Shown here in pieces: positions 59,753 through 64,000 of a stretch of DNA of 64,000 nucleotides; position 1 is the stretch's first letter, and each line of letters opens with the position of its first letter. Both the position numbers and the translations under genes were made by a program. The DNA is taken from NCBI GenBank assembly GCA_041640595.1, contig JBEPZY010000002.1, positions 178,984 through 242,983 on the forward strand, given 5' to 3'. Source of the stretch: Gemmatales bacterium (lineage in GTDB: Bacteria > Planctomycetota > Planctomycetia > Gemmatales > HRBIN36). The notes under the pieces were generated by a model. The model was not told the DNA's origin, did not search any database, and was given only the letters and a program-made list of their open reading frames with translations.

Positions 59753-60115
59753 ATGAATCCGCAGAAACAAAAAGCGCGTCAACGGCAACGGCGTGCCTGG
59801 CGGGTACGCAAACGGGTTTTCGGCACCCCGGAGCGTCCCCGTCTGTCCGTCTTTCGCAGCAACAAACACATTTACGCCCAGATTATTGATGATTTGCACG
59901 GCGTGACCCTGTGTGCCGCCTCCAGCTGCGGCAAGAATTCCGGTCTGAAATACGGAGGCAACATCGCTGCCGCTCAGGAAATCGGCAAACGCATCGCCCA
60001 GGCGGCACTGGCCAAAGGGATCACCAAAGTCTGCTTCGATCGCGGCCCGTACAAGTACCACGGACGGGTCAAGGCGCTTGCCGAGGCGGCTCGACAAGCC
60101 GGGCTGCAATTCTGA
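59753..60115 (+). CDS. rplR: 50S ribosomal protein L18
   Basis: [25 protein letters not shown]. Confidence 0.96.
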   Translation: MNPQKQKARQRQRRAWRVRKRVFGTPERPRLSVFRSNKHIYAQIIDDLHGVTLCAASSCGKNSGLKYGGNIAAAQEIGKRIAQAALAKGITKVCFDRGPYKYHGRVKALAEAARQAGLQF

Positions 60116-60137
60116 CCGCTACTGAAGGGGAACCAGC

Positions 60138-60629
60138 ATGGCCTCGGGCTACACCGAACCGGTTACCGGACAACTCGAAGACCGCGTCATCAAGATTCGC
60201 CGTTGCGCCGCGGTTATCAAAGGCGGCCGACGGTTCAGCTTCAACGCTTTGGTAGTGGTGGGCGATAAAAACGGCCGGGTCGGCTACGGATACGCCAAGG
60301 CCAACGAAGTGCCTCCGGCCGTGGAAAAAGCCACCTCCCTCGCCCAGCGCAATCTCCATCGCATCAGCCTCAAAGGCGATACCATCCCGCACAAAGTCAT
60401 TGGCAAATTCGGCACCACCAAAGTCATTCTGGTTCCTGCTGGCCCCGGTACAGGCGTGAAGGCTGGGCCAGGCGTGCGCCAGGTGCTGGAACTGTGCGGC
60501 ATTCGTAACATTCTCACCAAGGTACACGGCAGCACCAACCCGCTCAATGTCGTCAAGGCGACCATCCGGGGCTTACGGCTACTACGCACGAAAGAGGAAG
60601 TGGAGCGACTGCGTGGTGTGAAGCTGTGA
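60138..60629 (+). CDS. rpsE: 30S ribosomal protein S5
   Basis: KGGRRFSF, VVVGD, PGTGV, GSTNP. Confidence 0.97.
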   Translation: MASGYTEPVTGQLEDRVIKIRRCAAVIKGGRRFSFNALVVVGDKNGRVGYGYAKANEVPPAVEKATSLAQRNLHRISLKGDTIPHKVIGKFGTTKVILVPAGPGTGVKAGPGVRQVLELCGIRNILTKVHGSTNPLNVVKATIRGLRLLRTKEEVERLRGVKL

Positions 60630-60739
60630 TGGCGACGATATCCGCAGCGTAAGCCAGTCGCCGACTTCTCGCAGGCAGCGCTTCTCCAGGCCAATCGTGT
60701 GGAAACAACGTATTTGCAGCAAGCTTCGTGGAGCAGACC

Positions 60740-61249
60740 ATGGATTTATCGCAGGTTCATGTAGGAGTGCCACGGCGGAAACGCAAGAAACGGGTCGGGC
60801 GAGGCATCGGTTCCGGCCACGGCAAAACGAGCACGCGCGGCCACAAGGGACAGCGTAGCCGTGCCGGCACCAACAAACCCCATCCGCTTTCCGAAGGCGG
60901 TCAGATGCCCATGATCCGCCGCGTACCCAAGCGGGGTTTCAGTCACGCCACCTGGCGTCGGGAATATGCCATTGTCAATGTCGGCGACCTGGATCGCGTC
61001 TTCCAGGATGGCGACACCGTGGATATGGAAGCGCTGCGGCAGAAACGCCTTTTGGATGGGCAGTACGATGGTCTGCGGGTGCTCGGCGACGGCGAACTCA
61101 CCAAACGCCTCATCGTCAAGGCGCATCATTTTTCGGCCTCCGCGCGTGCCAAGATCGAAGCCCGAGGCGGATCGTGCGAGCTATTGCCCGGCCCCAAACC
61201 GGTGCCACGCAATAAAATGAAACCGCGGGCCCCGAAATACGCCTCTTGA
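60740..61249 (+). CDS. rplO: 50S ribosomal protein L15
   Basis: RVGRGIGSG.GKT, RGHKGQ, EGGQMP..RR.PKRGF. Confidence 0.96.
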   Translation: MDLSQVHVGVPRRKRKKRVGRGIGSGHGKTSTRGHKGQRSRAGTNKPHPLSEGGQMPMIRRVPKRGFSHATWRREYAIVNVGDLDRVFQDGDTVDMEALRQKRLLDGQYDGLRVLGDGELTKRLIVKAHHFSASARAKIEARGGSCELLPGPKPVPRNKMKPRAPKYAS

Positions 61250-61393
61250 CCGGAGCCTGACCAGTTGCTCTTACTAAGAGAATCGCGCTGAGGGCTGTCG
61301 GCCGGGTGACCGGGTCGTTATTCGCCTGTGCGAAGAGCGGCCGGCGCGGGCCGACGCTGACGAGAACAGTGAGCGCGATGGGGAGAGCGGCCT

Positions 61394-62776
61394 GTGAATT
61401 ATCTGCTCAACATCTTCAAAATTCCTGATCTGGCTCGCAAAATTGGCATTACCCTGGTGTTTCTGGCCATTTATCGCATGGGTTACCACGTTCCCTTGCC
61501 CATCGTGGATCAGAAACGCATGCAGGAATGGGCGGAGCAGATGGCTTCCGGACAGTTCGGCCAGCTGTTTGCCGTCGCCAGCATGTTCAGCGGCACCAAC
61601 CTGGGAATGCTGACCATCTTCGGGCTGGGTATCATGCCCTACATTTCTGCTTCCATTATCATTCAGCTTTTGGCCAGCGTCATCCCGGCTCTGGAGAAGT
61701 TGCAAAAAGAAGGGGAAAGCGGTCGCAAGAAGATCAACGAAATCACACGGTACCTGACCGTGGGCATTTGCATCATCCAGAGCGCCATGTATTTGCGGAT
61801 GCTGGCGCCCGCCGGAGCCGCCGGCGAAAATGTTTTCCGTCCCGATCTGTTTCAGAGCTGGTTTTATTATCTGACCGCGGTGATCACCATGACGGCGGGA
61901 ACCGTTTTCCTGATGTGGCTGGGCGAACAGATTGACGAATACGGTATCGGCAACGGCATCAGTTTGCTGATCATGGCCGGTATCATTGCCCGCATGCCCG
62001 AGGCGCTTTTAACGTTCCTGTTTGATTCGAGTGGCGGGACGTATCGGCTGAAAGAAAGCCTGTTCCGTCTGGGTGGCGGCAGTGGTACGGAACCGACGGT
62101 GGAAATCGTGGTGGTCATGGTGCTGCTCTTTCTGGGAGTGGTGCTCGGCGTCATTGCCATGACCAAGGCACAGCGACGTATTACCATGCAATCGGCGCGG
62201 CATGTTCGCGGCCGGCGGATCATCGGCGGGCAAAGCAACTGGTTGCCCCTGCGTGTCAATCAGGCCGGTGTCATGCCCATCATCTTCGCCGGAAGTTTGC
62301 TGATGATCCCGGCCTTCCTTTTCGACTTCATTGCTTCCCTGAGTCCGCGAGGTGCCGGCTGGGCAGCGGCTCTGGCAGATGATTTCCGCAACCACCGCTA
62401 CCTCTACACGCTCTGCTACATCGCCCTGATTTATTTCTTCTGCTACTTCTGGACGGCGATCACCTTCAATCCCAAAGACATCGCCGATAACCTCAAGGAG
62501 TACGGCAGTTTCATCCCTGGCTATCGGCCTGGCAAAAGCACCGCCGATTACCTGGAAAAAGTGATGGTGCGCATCACGTATGTTGGAGCAGCGTTTCTGG
62601 CGGTGGTGGCCATTGTACCGACCCTGATCACCGCGACCCTGCAGGTGCCTCCAATTGTCTCGCAGTTTTACGGCGGAACAGGACTGCTGATCGTGGTCAG
62701 CGTCGCCCTCGACCTGATCCAGCGGATCAACAGCCACCTGGTGATGCGCAACTACCCCGGCCTGACCGAAGATTGA
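61394..62776 (+). CDS. secY: Preprotein translocase subunit SecY
   Basis: LGIMPYISASII, GIGNGIS, GVMPIIFA, IPGYRPG, GGTGLLI. Confidence 0.97.
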   Translation: MNYLLNIFKIPDLARKIGITLVFLAIYRMGYHVPLPIVDQKRMQEWAEQMASGQFGQLFAVASMFSGTNLGMLTIFGLGIMPYISASIIIQLLASVIPALEKLQKEGESGRKKINEITRYLTVGICIIQSAMYLRMLAPAGAAGENVFRPDLFQSWFYYLTAVITMTAGTVFLMWLGEQIDEYGIGNGISLLIMAGIIARMPEALLTFLFDSSGGTYRLKESLFRLGGGSGTEPTVEIVVVMVLLFLGVVLGVIAMTKAQRRITMQSARHVRGRRIIGGQSNWLPLRVNQAGVMPIIFAGSLLMIPAFLFDFIASLSPRGAGWAAALADDFRNHRYLYTLCYIALIYFFCYFWTAITFNPKDIADNLKEYGSFIPGYRPGKSTADYLEKVMVRITYVGAAFLAVVAIVPTLITATLQVPPIVSQFYGGTGLLIVVSVALDLIQRINSHLVMRNYPGLTED

Positions 62777-63089
62777 ACGCCGTCCAATTGCCCGTCGGAA
62801 AATGATCTGCAAGTCAGTAGCTTACCGCTGATTTCCAGCGCCGATCTGGTACAGTTTCGTTTTCGGAAGCGGCAGAAACGCACAAAGTAACAGTAGCTAA
62901 TCGCCCATTCGGAAAGCCGAGCACGCGGGCAGTCAGGTCATGGTCGGCGTAAACTGGTTTTAGAACCCAATGGCTCGGGGCTCGGACACCCGGTTTCAGC
63001 GCTCGCTAAAGGTGCGGCTTAATTGCGACATGATGAAAGGGCGACTGTCAGCCGCTGGGGTCAGGTTGTTGCCGGGGGGAGGTCCGGTC

Positions 63090-64000
63090 ATGCGAAACTC
63101 CTCGGATGAACGCGATCGTCTGGCGAAACAGTTGACGACAGCGGTGCGGCAAGCGCTGACGCAAGCCGGCGTGGTCGGCGAACCCGTGCTCGTGGCCGTC
63201 TCCGGTGGGCCGGACAGTACCGCCTTGCTTCGGGTTTTGCTGGAGATTCTCGGTTCTGGAGTCATTCACGCCGCCCATTTCAATCACCAGTTGCGTGGCG
63301 CGGAAAGCGACGGCGACGAGGCTTTTGTCCGCGACCTGTGCCAGCAGTGGAACGTGGCTTTGACCGTAGAACGGCGAAACATCGGCCAGCTGCTGCAAAC
63401 TCGCGGTGGCAATCTCGAAGCCCTGGCGCGACGCGAGCGCTATGCCTGGCTGGCCGAACTCGCTAACCATCTGCGGATTCGCTGGGTCGCCACTGGCCAC
63501 ACCGCCAACGATCAGGCCGAGACTGTGCTTTTCCGTTTGCTACGCGGCAGCGGTCTGCGGGGGCTTCGCGGTATCGCACCGCAACGACGCCTGGCCGACG
63601 AGGTGCAGCTGGTGCGTCCCCTGCTTCGTGTGACCCGCCAGGCCGTGAACGCTTACCTCCAGTTGCACGGCATCCAGGCGCGTACCGATAGCAGCAATTT
63701 CGACCTGAGCCGTCTGCGTAACCGCATCCGCTGGCAATTATTGCCCCTGTTAGAACGGGAATACAACGCCAGTGTGGTCGTGCACCTGGCGACACTGGCG
63801 GAACACGTGCACGAACATTACGCCTGGCTGGAACGGCAAGCCTGGCAGCTGCTGCAACGAATAGAGTTGCCCCGTTTCGGAGAGCAGGTGGTGCTCGATG
63901 CCCATCAGCTTCGGCAGGCCGAGCCGTTTCTGTTGCGGCAAGCGTTACGCCTTTTGTGGGAACGCGAGGACTGGCCAACCGGCAACATGACCACCCGACA
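63090..64000 (+). CDS. tilS: tRNA(Ile)-lysidine synthetase, 3'-truncated by the window edge
   Basis: Not in the ORF track because there is no stop in the window; translation gives VAVSGGPDS, HFNHQLRG, TGHTANDQAET, RPLL, DSSN..RNRIR. Confidence 0.9.
   Translation, partial: MRNSSDERDRLAKQLTTAVRQALTQAGVVGEPVLVAVSGGPDSTALLRVLLEILGSGVIHAAHFNHQLRGAESDGDEAFVRDLCQQWNVALTVERRNIGQLLQTRGGNLEALARRERYAWLAELANHLRIRWVATGHTANDQAETVLFRLLRGSGLRGLRGIAPQRRLADEVQLVRPLLRVTRQAVNAYLQLHGIQARTDSSNFDLSRLRNRIRWQLLPLLEREYNASVVVHLATLAEHVHEHYAWLERQAWQLLQRIELPRFGEQVVLDAHQLRQAEPFLLRQALRLLWEREDWPTGNMTTR

Noticed and set aside
60630..60739. Absence of rpmD (L30) between rpsE and rplO
   Set aside because: L30 is known to be missing in several bacterial lineages including PVC members, so this is not novel.
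1..64000. Prophage, transposase, integrase, reverse transcriptase, cas or defence genes
   Set aside because: No such motifs were recognised in any ORF in the window.

Overview
GC-rich bacterial chromosomal segment, most likely Planctomycetota, possibly Gemmatales. This assignment is an inference from the 'EQLEDRTVPA' export motif, the long PilM fusion cluster, the HtrA/NPCBM cluster and the absence of rpmD. The coding content is mostly housekeeping and envelope: acpP-fabF-carA-glcD, parB, TlpA, an RRM protein, a WD40 protein, ybeY, a cytochrome c, a purple-acid-phosphatase-like protein, pilM plus two large membrane proteins, arsM, glcE, nnrD, a six-gene periplasmic HtrA/NPCBM/coiled-coil operon, fadB, an ELWxxDGT surface protein, the S10-spc ribosomal cluster through secY, and a partial tilS. 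The most striking signal is non-coding. Most large intergenic gaps are filled with mutually unrelated direct repeats of about 21-37 bp separated by about 31-45 bp spacers, with unit lengths clustering at 66-67 bp and 72-75 bp. Several are nested or chained, and three duplicate the stop-codon region of the neighbouring gene (glcD, parB, ELWxxDGT gene). This geometry resembles CRISPR repeat-spacer units built de novo from ordinary chromosomal sequence, but no cas gene is in the window and the mechanism is a hypothesis. Other oddities are REP/BIME-like palindrome clusters, an S10 operon lacking rplC and interrupted by an initiator tRNA plus a terminator-like hairpin, and two catalytically dead HtrA paralogs encoded next to an active one.
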